From NCBI GenBank assembly GCA_041395025.1, contig JAWLBH010000001.1, positions 198,410 through 262,409 of the forward strand: 64,000 bases of DNA. The letters run 5' to 3'. The notes under the pieces are model-generated. The model was not told the DNA's origin. It saw only the letters and a program-made list of their open reading frames with translations, and searched no databases. This DNA comes from Chlamydiales bacterium (GTDB taxonomy: Bacteria > Chlamydiota > Chlamydiia > Chlamydiales > JAAKFR01). Below, in pieces: positions 50,095 to 59,111 of this stretch. The position numbers were made by a program, and so were the translations under genes. How positions within the stretch are numbered: position 1 is the stretch's first letter; every line of letters starts with the position of its first letter.

Positions 50095-52599
50095 TTATTT
50101 TTTATCGAAACATTCACCGAATTTTTCCAATAAAGTGTTCGTGGATACAAAATTGTTTGATGCTTTCGCAATTTCGTTAGCCATACAGGATGCAAATTTC
50201 AATGTAGCTTGGTCCTCAAGACCAGCATTTTTAAAAGCAAAAAATGTTACAAAATCTTTATATGGGTCCTTTCGGTGTTTATTCAAAAAATTTTGAGCCA
50301 AACTTTCTAATATCTGATTCGTGAACCAATGCATCATATCATTATCAGAACTTAAAAGAATGAGATCCAATGCCTCTTTTTTCATCATAGAAATACTGTT
50401 ATCGTCGTTTGGAGGGAATAAGCTCTGAAACAATGTTTCAATAAAACATTCTCTATATCCTCCCTCAAAGGATGTCCAACACGTTTTCACTAGAGCCTTC
50501 TGGAAAAAAAGGCTAATCCGGGTGTCCTTATCGATATTTCTTAATAATATTTGGGATAACATTTTATAGTCATCTTTAACAATCTCTTTTATAAGCGCTG
50601 CCTCTTCTTGGTTAATGTTATCTCGAAGGTAAAGTGATTGGATGAATTCGAATTTAAAATTAAATAAAACAATTTCGATCTTCTTTAAGAATCCCTCCTT
50701 TTTCTTTTTTAAAAAGGCTGTTTTATCAAAATTCTGATGTGATATCTCTTCTTTCTCATCTTTTGTAAAATCGATCTTCTCTTCATCCAACAATAGTGTA
50801 CGTTGGAGAGTTGAATTCATCATCGTTTCCTCTAGTTTAAGTAGGTCACTATTGAGTTTGTGCCTAATTTCAATGAGAGCATCAAAAAATTTCTTTTTTT
50901 GATTAAAATTCATCTGACCAAACATGAGCGAAAAATTGTTTGCATCATAGCTGTTGACTTGAACGCAAGCTCTAGCTAAGGCCTCAGGTTGATAAACCCA
51001 GATGCCACTCTCACGAGTGCTTATTTGCAAGTCAATCATCAAATCTATCGCTTTATTTAAACTTAAAGATTTAAAATACTTAATTTTTGTATCTTCTTGA
51101 ATGTTATATTCAAATAATTTCTCTAGTTGACTAGTTGAAAGTCGATTCGCATTAATAGCTAGCAGATCAAGTACCTTTTCATCTTTATACATAAGAGCTC
51201 CAATAAAGATTGGTATGTGAGCCCAATCACTGACATTTTCAATCAATTCTTCAGCATATTTTTTCGAAATATGTCCGAGCAAATACAAAAAACATTCCGT
51301 CTCAATAAAGCTGTTATTATCAGCTTCGTCTACAAATTTTTTTACTTTATTAAGGTTTTTTCTACCTATACCTTGCTCATCTTCAACAGCATGTTGCCTT
51401 CTTAATTGTAAAGATTTAGACAATATCTCTAAAATCTGTTGAGGAGTATTTTGATTAAACGATGAAGCCACTGGACCAGATAGCTGAGCAACTGTTGTGG
51501 CATCCGATATTTGAGCCTCTTCAGCCTTTAGATTAATTAGTGGTAAACTTTTTTCTTTTCTCGAAAAATAAGAAATGATTGTTTCAGCAACGTATTGAAA
51601 ATGCTTAAAGTCTAGCAAATCAAATTTTTTAAAATAAGCTACTAAATCTTCATATTTTGTATCCTTAAATTCTTCAATCACCTTTTCAATTAATTTAGTA
51701 ACCTTGTCGCCTTGATGTGCATTCAGTTGAGTCTCTTTATATTCTAAAAATTTATCATTTGCGATAAAACTCATCAGCAATCGAGATGAGATGTCGAGTC
51801 GTTCGATATGTTCAGCATAACATTCTTTGTCCATTTTGGTTAAGATCTCACCTACTGCATCTTGTGACGCTCTTTCAAGAAAATAATGTTGTTGTTCAAA
51901 AGGAATCAACCCAGAAGACAGGTTAAAATTGATCATTTGCCTTTGAATATTTCTATTCTCATTTGGACCTTGATTATTTTCTTCTGCTGGGAGGTTTTCG
52001 CTAAGAAACAAGGAATGCTTTAAAACTCCATCTGCAATCGCTCTAATCACATTTTGCTGATTTTGGTCGGATAATCCTATGCTTAGACTATTAGCTACAC
52101 TTTCATGTGTTTGTATTTTTTTATATGCTTTATCTACAAAATCTTGGAAATTTTCTTTAGTAGATATTTGACGAATAATACTCGTAAAATGTCTCGATTT
52201 CATCGGGTCTGCTTCTAACATAGCTTCGAGAATTTCTTCGTTTAAAATCACCTCGTTTAGCTTAGACAAGCGAATTTTATCGGACTGGCAATTCGCTTCG
52301 TAGTATTTTTTAGTTTGATGGATAATCATGATAATTAAGCAGACAGATCCAAGTAAAAAAGGCAATCCTGCGTAAAGCCCACCAACTAAAATTCCAGCAG
52401 CTCCTGAAATTAAAAAACCTCCTCCTGCTGCAGTAATCAGTGTCAAGAGGCCAAGAACCAAAGTGGTAACTCTCCATTCTTTAGTATTGACCTTTTTAGA
52501 TTGGATGCAATCCTCATCAATTTTGTCTATCTGTTGTTGAAATGAAGAGATTTTCCCTAAGTCTTTTAGAAAAATCCCTCCTACTTTTGGATCACTCAT
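50095..52599 (-). CDS. Large Inc-like protein, candidate T3S substrate
   Basis: 834 aa. A ~40-aa polar leader, then WRVTTLVLGLLTLITAAGGGFLISGAAGILVGGLYAGLPFLLGSVCLIIMIIH (two hydrophobic lobes), then a ~730-aa helical domain with no motif I recognise. Confidence 0.6.
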   Translation of the reverse strand: MSDPKVGGIFLKDLGKISSFQQQIDKIDEDCIQSKKVNTKEWRVTTLVLGLLTLITAAGGGFLISGAAGILVGGLYAGLPFLLGSVCLIIMIIHQTKKYYEANCQSDKIRLSKLNEVILNEEILEAMLEADPMKSRHFTSIIRQISTKENFQDFVDKAYKKIQTHESVANSLSIGLSDQNQQNVIRAIADGVLKHSLFLSENLPAEENNQGPNENRNIQRQMINFNLSSGLIPFEQQHYFLERASQDAVGEILTKMDKECYAEHIERLDISSRLLMSFIANDKFLEYKETQLNAHQGDKVTKLIEKVIEEFKDTKYEDLVAYFKKFDLLDFKHFQYVAETIISYFSRKEKSLPLINLKAEEAQISDATTVAQLSGPVASSFNQNTPQQILEILSKSLQLRRQHAVEDEQGIGRKNLNKVKKFVDEADNNSFIETECFLYLLGHISKKYAEELIENVSDWAHIPIFIGALMYKDEKVLDLLAINANRLSTSQLEKLFEYNIQEDTKIKYFKSLSLNKAIDLMIDLQISTRESGIWVYQPEALARACVQVNSYDANNFSLMFGQMNFNQKKKFFDALIEIRHKLNSDLLKLEETMMNSTLQRTLLLDEEKIDFTKDEKEEISHQNFDKTAFLKKKKEGFLKKIEIVLFNFKFEFIQSLYLRDNINQEEAALIKEIVKDDYKMLSQILLRNIDKDTRISLFFQKALVKTCWTSFEGGYRECFIETLFQSLFPPNDDNSISMMKKEALDLILLSSDNDMMHWFTNQILESLAQNFLNKHRKDPYKDFVTFFAFKNAGLEDQATLKFASCMANEIAKASNNFVSTNTLLEKFGECFDKK

Positions 52600-52777
52600 G
52601 CCTATGGCCTAAATTGATAAAAATCATATTACTTGATTTGGTATCATTATATTAAATAAGTGTTAATTAATTATAAAGATTTAAAAATTGAAAAAATATA
52701 TATCTTGAGAACCTAAAAATCTAATTTGACAATAGATAAAGTATTTTTTTAAACTTTTTTCAATTTTTAAAAAAAAT

Positions 52778-53038
52778 TTAAGAAGACTTTAATCGATAAA
52801 TCATCATGGTCGAATAAATAGCAGCAGCAATTCCTGCAATTAAAAAGAAAAATCCATACATTCGTGCAGGAATTGTTCCAATCCAGCCCATTAAACAAGC
52901 TCCAGTTACCACCATCAATAACCCTAAAATTCCTAAAACAATCCATGTAATGTAATCCATTTTAGTTTTAGAGAACTTACTCAAAAACATATTAGAAGAT
53001 CCGGCGAGTGTATTGGAACTTGTTGCTATCTGATCCAT
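52778..53038 (-). CDS. Small Inc-like membrane protein
   Basis: I start at MDQIATSSN. The track ORF runs 12 codons further, to 53074. Two hydrophobic lobes: ITWIVLGILGLLMVVTGACLMGWIG / MYGFFFLIAGIAAAIYSTMMIY. Confidence 0.5.
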   Translation of the reverse strand: MDQIATSSNTLAGSSNMFLSKFSKTKMDYITWIVLGILGLLMVVTGACLMGWIGTIPARMYGFFFLIAGIAAAIYSTMMIYRLKSS

Positions 53039-53109
53039 AATGGTCTTAATTATACTAGTGATTAAAAAATACACAAATTTAAAAGAACATTTTTGTTAGA
53101 ATTTTGCCT

Positions 53110-54966
53110 ATGAAAAAAAAATCTTCTATTTTGATTGGAACGATTCGTGTTCATCCAAAAGGATTTGGGTTTTTAATTCCTGATGATCGTTCTCAATCTC
53201 CTAATGACATTTTTATTCCACGCTCTGCAATGAAAGGAGCGGTCGATGGAGATATTGTGAAAATACGTGTTTATACACAGTCTTTTTCAGAAAAAGGTCC
53301 AGAAGGTGCAATAGTAAAAATCTTGAAACGAGGACGTACCTACCTCTCTGGGGTTATTATCTCGATTAGACAAAAAGAAAAAATTTATGCCTATATTCCC
53401 TTGTTAGGAGAAAGGGAACGTATGCGGATTTTACCTTCTAAAGCACATGATTTAAAAGTAGGTGATCGGATCATGATTCATGTCCTTGTGTGGGGGAAAG
53501 GATCAAAAGACAATGTGGGAGAAATATCCGCTTATCTTGGTCATATTTCCGATCCTTCATGTGACATTCAAAGTATTATTAAGGATTTTGAATTAGAAGA
53601 TACATTCCCTCTTGAGGCTTTAGAAGAAGCAAGAGGTTATGGGAAAAATGTGACTGATGAACAGATCTTAGAACGCGAGGACTTAAGAAAACTCGATGCG
53701 TTTACTATTGATCCTGATGGAGCAAAAGACTTTGATGATGCACTTTCAATCACAAAAAACAAAGAAGGAGAGTATCAATTAGGCGTCCATATTGCTGATG
53801 TCTCTTACTATGTTAAATCGGGCACCTGCTTAGATCAAGAAGCAGGAAAAAGATGTAGCTCTGTCTATTTTCCTGAAAAAGTTCTCCCGATGCTTCCATA
53901 TGAACTTTCAAGCCATCTTTGTAGCCTTAAACCTAAAGTCAATCGACTAGCCGTCTCAGTTTTGATGGAGTTTAATCCTATAGGAGAGCTAAAAAGTTAT
54001 CGGATTACACGCAGTGTTATAGAGAGTAAACATCGTTTTACTTACAAAGAGGCAAAAGAAGTGCTAGAAGGGAAAAGACAAAATCCTTTCTTTAGAGAAT
54101 TGCAGTTAATGAGGGATTTACATAGTCATCTGAAAACATTGCGATTGAGTAGAGGAAGTATAGACTTTGCTTTGCCTGATACAGCCATCCAAGTGAATAA
54201 TAAGGGGATGCCGACCAAGATTGAAATAGTGGATTATGATGTAACCCATCAGCTGGTTGAAGAATTTATGCTCAAAACCAATGAAATCGTAGCCACTCAT
54301 TTGCATCAAGAGGGAAAACCCCTTACCTATCGAATTCATGAAGAACCCAATCCAGAAAATATGAAAGATTTTTCCTTCATTGCAAAACAACTTGGTTTTT
54401 GCATTTCTGAACAACCTGATGGGAAAGAAATTCAATCCCTATTTGATCAGATAGGGACAAGTCCTGTGGGTCAATTTCTTGCAATACAGTTTATTCGCAC
54501 TATGAAAATGGCTAGTTATTCATTAGATAACATTGGTCATTACGGACTAGGACTTGAACATTATACACATTTTACAAGCCCGATCCGCCGATATATTGAC
54601 CTTGTTGTCCATCGTCTTCTATTTGAAAAGATAGATCCAGAAGCAAACTATGAAAAGATTGCCAAAACATCTTCAGAAAAGGAACGGCTTGCAAACAGAG
54701 CTGAAAATACCATTATTCTGTTAAAGAAAATGCGATTCCTTGAAAAGATCCAAAAAGACAATCCAGATAAAATTTATCAAGCTATTGTCGTGATTGTTAA
54801 GTCTTTTGGATTTGGGTTTGAAGTAGCTGAACTCCTTTTAGAAGGATTCATTCATGAAAAATGTACTCTGAAAATAGGTGAGGTTATTCATCTTAAAGTG
54901 ATAAAAGTGAACTTGATCAGGCAAGATATCGAATGGAAACGCATCAAATATGAAACTCCCTCTTAA
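53110..54966 (+). CDS. rnr: Ribonuclease R (RNB-family 3'-5' exoribonuclease)
   Basis: N-terminal OB/cold-shock-like region (GTIRVHPKGFGFLIP), RNB core (FTIDPDGAKDFDDALS, HYGLGLEHYTHFTSPIRRY), C-terminal S1-like domain. ATG at 53110 preferred over TTG at 53104. Confidence 0.9.
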   Translation: MKKKSSILIGTIRVHPKGFGFLIPDDRSQSPNDIFIPRSAMKGAVDGDIVKIRVYTQSFSEKGPEGAIVKILKRGRTYLSGVIISIRQKEKIYAYIPLLGERERMRILPSKAHDLKVGDRIMIHVLVWGKGSKDNVGEISAYLGHISDPSCDIQSIIKDFELEDTFPLEALEEARGYGKNVTDEQILEREDLRKLDAFTIDPDGAKDFDDALSITKNKEGEYQLGVHIADVSYYVKSGTCLDQEAGKRCSSVYFPEKVLPMLPYELSSHLCSLKPKVNRLAVSVLMEFNPIGELKSYRITRSVIESKHRFTYKEAKEVLEGKRQNPFFRELQLMRDLHSHLKTLRLSRGSIDFALPDTAIQVNNKGMPTKIEIVDYDVTHQLVEEFMLKTNEIVATHLHQEGKPLTYRIHEEPNPENMKDFSFIAKQLGFCISEQPDGKEIQSLFDQIGTSPVGQFLAIQFIRTMKMASYSLDNIGHYGLGLEHYTHFTSPIRRYIDLVVHRLLFEKIDPEANYEKIAKTSSEKERLANRAENTIILLKKMRFLEKIQKDNPDKIYQAIVVIVKSFGFGFEVAELLLEGFIHEKCTLKIGEVIHLKVIKVNLIRQDIEWKRIKYETPS

Positions 54967-55513
54967 TTTCTATTTACGTGATAATGTTGTCAAGATTAGC
55001 CAAGAACTACTCGGTTGTCTTCTTTTTACTTCAATAGAAGGTCTATTAACTGGAGGAAAAATTATTGAAACAGAAGCTTACCGTGGGCCAGAAGACCGGG
55101 CTTCTCATGCCTATAAAAATCGACTCACAAAACGCAACCAAGTGATGTTTCAAGAAGGTGGAGTCATTTATGTATACCTATGCTATGGAATTCATAGTAT
55201 GCTGAATATTGTGACTAATCATCAAGGTCTTCCACATGCTATTTTAATCCGTGCAATTACTCCTCTTATTGGCATCAATACGATGCTACAAAGACGACAA
55301 AAAAAGAAAATTGATAAGACATTTGTGAATGGTCCAGGAAGAGTTGCCCAAGCTCTTGGAATTGATAAAAATCTCAACGGCTACTCTTTACTTGAAGAAA
55401 CCATCTGGATTGAAAAAGGTAAACCCTCTAAAACAATTATAGCAAAACCGCGTGTCGGTATTGATTATGCTGGACAAGATGCCCTTCTTCCTTGGAGATT
55501 TTTATTTAAATGA
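54950..55513 (+). CDS. mpg: DNA-3-methyladenine glycosylase (Mpg/AAG family)
   Basis: 187 aa. LLGCLL...GKIIETEAYRGPEDRASHAY...GGVIYVYLCYGIHSMLNIV...ILIRA is the family pattern. Confidence 0.85.
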   Translation: MKLPLNFYLRDNVVKISQELLGCLLFTSIEGLLTGGKIIETEAYRGPEDRASHAYKNRLTKRNQVMFQEGGVIYVYLCYGIHSMLNIVTNHQGLPHAILIRAITPLIGINTMLQRRQKKKIDKTFVNGPGRVAQALGIDKNLNGYSLLEETIWIEKGKPSKTIIAKPRVGIDYAGQDALLPWRFLFK

Positions 55514-56148
55514 AAAAATATTTTATTACTGGTCTTATTATCCTTCTTCCCCTTGCCGTGACAGTCCTTTTATTAGGATTCATTATTAATATTCTTACTC
55601 GACCTTTCGTTGGGTTAATTGAACATTTTTTAATCGCTATCCCTTTTTTCCAACAATATCAAACATTAATTCACATTATCCTCCGGATTATTTTGCTTTT
55701 TGGAATCTGTTTCTTCACCATTCTTCTTGGTTTTCTAGCACGTATTGTCGTGTTTAAATCTCTACTTTCAGTCTATGATTATATCCTACATAGAATTCCT
55801 ATTATTAAAACAATTTATAAAGCCACTCAACAGGTCATAAAAACTATTTTCGGCTCTTCTTCTCGTTCTTTTAAGCAAGTTGTCATGGTTCCTTTTCCAA
55901 CAAATGGAGCTTACTCTATTGGTCTTGTGAGTAGTCCAGCCCCTGGAATCTGTGAGAAAACGATGGGAATTCCTTTAATTACTGTGTTTGTTCCAACGAC
56001 CCCGAATCCGACATCAGGTTTTTTAATGATGTATAAAGAAGATGAAGTAGTTTATCTTGATATGAAGATTGAAGATGCATTCAAATATATTATCTCCTGT
56101 GGAGTCATCACCTCGGACTCAGTCAATCTACCTGAGATTTTATCTTGA
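55510..56148 (+). CDS. DUF502-like membrane protein
   Basis: 212 aa. N-terminal GLIILLPLAVTVLLLGFIINIL, a second TM pair, then a soluble tail with VPTTPNPTSGF. Confidence 0.55.
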   Translation: MKKYFITGLIILLPLAVTVLLLGFIINILTRPFVGLIEHFLIAIPFFQQYQTLIHIILRIILLFGICFFTILLGFLARIVVFKSLLSVYDYILHRIPIIKTIYKATQQVIKTIFGSSSRSFKQVVMVPFPTNGAYSIGLVSSPAPGICEKTMGIPLITVFVPTTPNPTSGFLMMYKEDEVVYLDMKIEDAFKYIISCGVITSDSVNLPEILS

Positions 56149-56198
56149 AGCTTTTGTATTAAGACAGTAAAATGCTTTTTCATTTGTGAGGTTATAAA

Positions 56199-56369
56199 AT
56201 GACTCGTGTTGGGAAAAAAGCAGAACGTCGGGGTCGATCCCCCTATAAAACAAAACATCCTTTTCCAAAAACAGGATCAAAAAAAGATCATCTTTCTAAA
56301 GGATTTAAAGAGCATGAAAATGCTGTTTTGATGGAAGGAGTATTTATTGCTAAAGTCAAGAAAGGTTAA
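56199..56369 (+). CDS. Small basic protein (56 aa), below the ORF-track length cut-off
   Basis: My translation: MTRVGKKAERRGRSPYKTKHPFPKTGSKKDHLSKGFKEHENAVLMEGVFIAKVKKG. Same strand as its neighbours and fills an otherwise empty gap. Coding status unproven. Confidence 0.35.
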   Translation: MTRVGKKAERRGRSPYKTKHPFPKTGSKKDHLSKGFKEHENAVLMEGVFIAKVKKG

Positions 56370-56372
56370 ATA

Positions 56373-56537
56373 ATGTCTCGTCATAAAAGTTACGGAAAAT
56401 CTACAAAAACTGGTCAAAAGCGCAATGTACTTAAACGTTTTGAGCGCATTGAAGTTTTAAAGAAACTGGGTCGTTGGGATCAAGAAAAGAATAAAATAGT
56501 TACAGGTCTTCCTAAAACGCCATCTATTGAAATCTAA
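56373..56537 (+). CDS. Small basic protein (54 aa), below the ORF-track length cut-off
   Basis: My translation: MSRHKSYGKSTKTGQKRNVLKRFERIEVLKKLGRWDQEKNKIVTGLPKTPSIEI. The core QKRNVLKRFERI...LGRW resembles a conserved small basic protein family I recall from Chlamydiae/Planctomycetes/Verrucomicrobia. This is from memory and not verified. Confidence 0.45.
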   Translation: MSRHKSYGKSTKTGQKRNVLKRFERIEVLKKLGRWDQEKNKIVTGLPKTPSIEI

Positions 56538-56593
56538 CTCTCTTAAAAACTTGAATATAAATTTCAAAAATCAAATTCAAGTGAAATAAGTGC

Positions 56594-57052
56594 ATGAAAG
56601 TCTTTGTTTTTGATGAACAATCTGATCTTTCTATTGATCCTGACTCGGTTCAGCCGATTGTGAGTCAGGTCTTAGTAAAAGAAAAATATTCTACAGATGA
56701 AGTGTCTGTCCATTTTGTGACAACTAAAATGATTGTGGAACTCCACAAGAAATTTTTCCGAGACCCCTCTCCGACAGATTGTATTTCTTTTCCAATAGAT
56801 CAGCATCAATTTTTAGGATCACATGTTCTAGGTGAAATTTTTATTTGTCCTCGAACAGGGATTGAATATATACTAAAAAAAAATAGCAAAGATCAAAACT
56901 ACTACCATGAAATCACCCTTTATCTTGTGCATGGGCTTTTGCATCTTATTGGTTATAATGATATTGGAGAACACGATAGAGCAAAAATGCGCAAGGCTGA
57001 GCAAAAATTAATGACATTTCTTATTCGTAATCAAATCCTCTTAAAGGGGTAA
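56594..57052 (+). CDS. ybeY: Endoribonuclease YbeY (rRNA maturation)
   Basis: 152 aa. Zn-binding string HGLLHLIGYNDIGEHD near the C-terminus. Confidence 0.85.
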   Translation: MKVFVFDEQSDLSIDPDSVQPIVSQVLVKEKYSTDEVSVHFVTTKMIVELHKKFFRDPSPTDCISFPIDQHQFLGSHVLGEIFICPRTGIEYILKKNSKDQNYYHEITLYLVHGLLHLIGYNDIGEHDRAKMRKAEQKLMTFLIRNQILLKG

Positions 57053-57147
57053 ACATCAAAAATACACATGTATAAATATGAGATAATTTTTGAAAATTCA
57101 TGCAGCTAATCAAAGGAATATTTTTTCTTTATTATAATTAAAAATCC

Positions 57148-58458
57148 ATGTTAACTCATACTATTCTTATTGCCTCTTTCTTTCTAGTTGGGGTCTTTTT
57201 TTTAACCACAGTTTCTTATGCTTTCATGCATTTGGGAGAGATTTCTTCCTTAAATGTGATTAAGCAACATCGTAAATGTTTTTTTTATTATCCCTCTCAC
57301 CTTTTTATTTTTAACGATCCTCCTTTTGAACTCCTTATTTTTTCTACGATACTTGGAAAAAATTTCGCTTTTCTTGGATTTGTTTTCACAATAGTTTATG
57401 CGTTGTTCCTTTTTTCTCTTTCTATTTGGCAAATCATTATCATTTTACTAGTCCTTTTATTAGGAATTTCATTATTCGGAGAGTTTTTTCCTCGCCTATG
57501 GAGTATACGAGCTGCTGATTATGCTTTATCTTTTTCTATGCCATTTGCCTCTTTTTTTCTCTTTCTTTCACTGCCTTTTTCCTTTTTATTTGTAAAATTT
57601 GCATGGTATTCAGCTCGTGCAAAAGAAAAAGCACAATTAGGGAATCAAGTTGAAGAAATGAAAGAAACAGTTGTGGAGGTGTTAAGAAAAAAAGGCTTAA
57701 AAGGAAAACTTAATCGATCAGATAAAAAACTGATTGAATCAGTAATAAAATTTAAAGATCGTATCGTACGTGAAATTATGGTACCAAGAGTCGATTTATG
57801 TAGCCTAGCTGCTGAAACACCTATCCGGCTTGCAGCTCAATCCTTTATCAATGAGGGTTATAGCCGAATTCCAGTATATAAAGGAACGATTGATAATATG
57901 ATTGGGGTATTAATGTTTAAAGACATTCTTGAAATCTATATGAATTCTCTTGAAGACAGAGATAAAACCTCTCTTATTGCATCCCCTATCGATTCAATCA
58001 TAAAAAATGTCTTTTATACACCCGAAACAAAAAAGGCCTCACAGCTCCTTCAAGAATTTCGTGCCAAACAAATGCATATGGCAATTGTCGTTGATGAATA
58101 TGGTGGAACAGAAGGTGTAGTTACAATAGAGGATATTTTAGAAGAGATCGTTGGAGAAATTGCAGATGAATATGATACTAGTGAAGAAGCTAACTATACA
58201 ACTGAATCGGGAGGAAAAAGCTGGATTGTTGATGGGAGGATGACAATTTTAGATATAGAAGAAAATTTTAATATTCATCTTCCTCAAGAAGGAGATTACG
58301 ATACAATTGGGGGGTATATTTTCCATAAAGTAGGAGCAATTCCACAAAAAGGTTTAAAGATTCATTACCAAAACTTTGATCTTGAAATTTTGCATTCTTC
58401 AGATAAAAGTGTTGAAAAAGTGCGAATCACTGCTAGAAAAAAAATACACGAAGATTAA
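57148..58458 (+). CDS. CorC/TlyC-family protein (DUF21 membrane domain + CBS pair + CorC_HlyC domain)
   Basis: 436 aa. Hydrophobic N-terminal third, then IMVPRVDL and AIVVDEYGGTEGVVTIEDILEEIVGEI blocks. Confidence 0.85.
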   Translation: MLTHTILIASFFLVGVFFLTTVSYAFMHLGEISSLNVIKQHRKCFFYYPSHLFIFNDPPFELLIFSTILGKNFAFLGFVFTIVYALFLFSLSIWQIIIILLVLLLGISLFGEFFPRLWSIRAADYALSFSMPFASFFLFLSLPFSFLFVKFAWYSARAKEKAQLGNQVEEMKETVVEVLRKKGLKGKLNRSDKKLIESVIKFKDRIVREIMVPRVDLCSLAAETPIRLAAQSFINEGYSRIPVYKGTIDNMIGVLMFKDILEIYMNSLEDRDKTSLIASPIDSIIKNVFYTPETKKASQLLQEFRAKQMHMAIVVDEYGGTEGVVTIEDILEEIVGEIADEYDTSEEANYTTESGGKSWIVDGRMTILDIEENFNIHLPQEGDYDTIGGYIFHKVGAIPQKGLKIHYQNFDLEILHSSDKSVEKVRITARKKIHED

Positions 58459-58595
58459 AGATCTAACTTACTATCAATCCAATTGAAAGAGTTCTGTTGA
58501 TTATGCTATGAGAAAAATGGTCTGCATAAATAAAAGATAACACTTGACAATCTGTTAAACATTTCGCTATCTCCTGATAAAATTTAGACTAGATC

Positions 58596-58940
58596 ATGGA
58601 AATTACTGAAAAAAAAGAAAACAATGCGATGATTTTTGTCTTAAAAGGACGTTTAGATAGCAGTGCTTCTGAAGAAGTTGAAAAAAAAATCCTTCAATCT
58701 ATTGAAATGGGCACGAAAAATGTGATTTTGGATTTTTCTGCTCTAAGCTATATCTCTAGCGCTGGAATTCGTCTTCTTGTCCACTGTCATAAGAAAATCG
58801 AGAAACAAAATCGACGTATTCTCCTTGTTGCGCTTCCTAAAGCTATTGAAAACGTCCTTTATATTACTGGATTTCTCTCCTACTTTAAAGTTTATGATCA
58901 TCAAGATCAAGCGATCACTGCCTTAAAAGGGCATCTCTAA
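58596..58940 (+). CDS. rsbV: STAS-domain anti-sigma-factor antagonist (RsbV/SpoIIAA-like)
   Basis: 114 aa. VLKGRLDSSASEEVEKKI...ILDFSALSYISSAGIRLLV, with the conserved phosphorylatable Ser context. Confidence 0.8.
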   Translation: MEITEKKENNAMIFVLKGRLDSSASEEVEKKILQSIEMGTKNVILDFSALSYISSAGIRLLVHCHKKIEKQNRRILLVALPKAIENVLYITGFLSYFKVYDHQDQAITALKGHL

Positions 58941-59111
58941 ATGAAATTGAAAAAACCGATAGATTGTCTTATTCCTCATGATATGTCTCTAGCTTGCAAA
59001 GCTGTTGAATAAAAAAATTATTTTTTGAAATTTAATTTCACTATGTAATTGAGATTAATCTCTCTCATAGATATGCTCAGCCTTTCTAAATTTTAATTAT
59101 TTATTTCTCTT

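Noticed and set aside
58941-59012. 23-codon ORF (MKLKKPIDCLIPHDMSLACKAVE) starting right after the rsbV stop
   Set aside because: Too short, no recognisable feature, and no way to support it from sequence alone.
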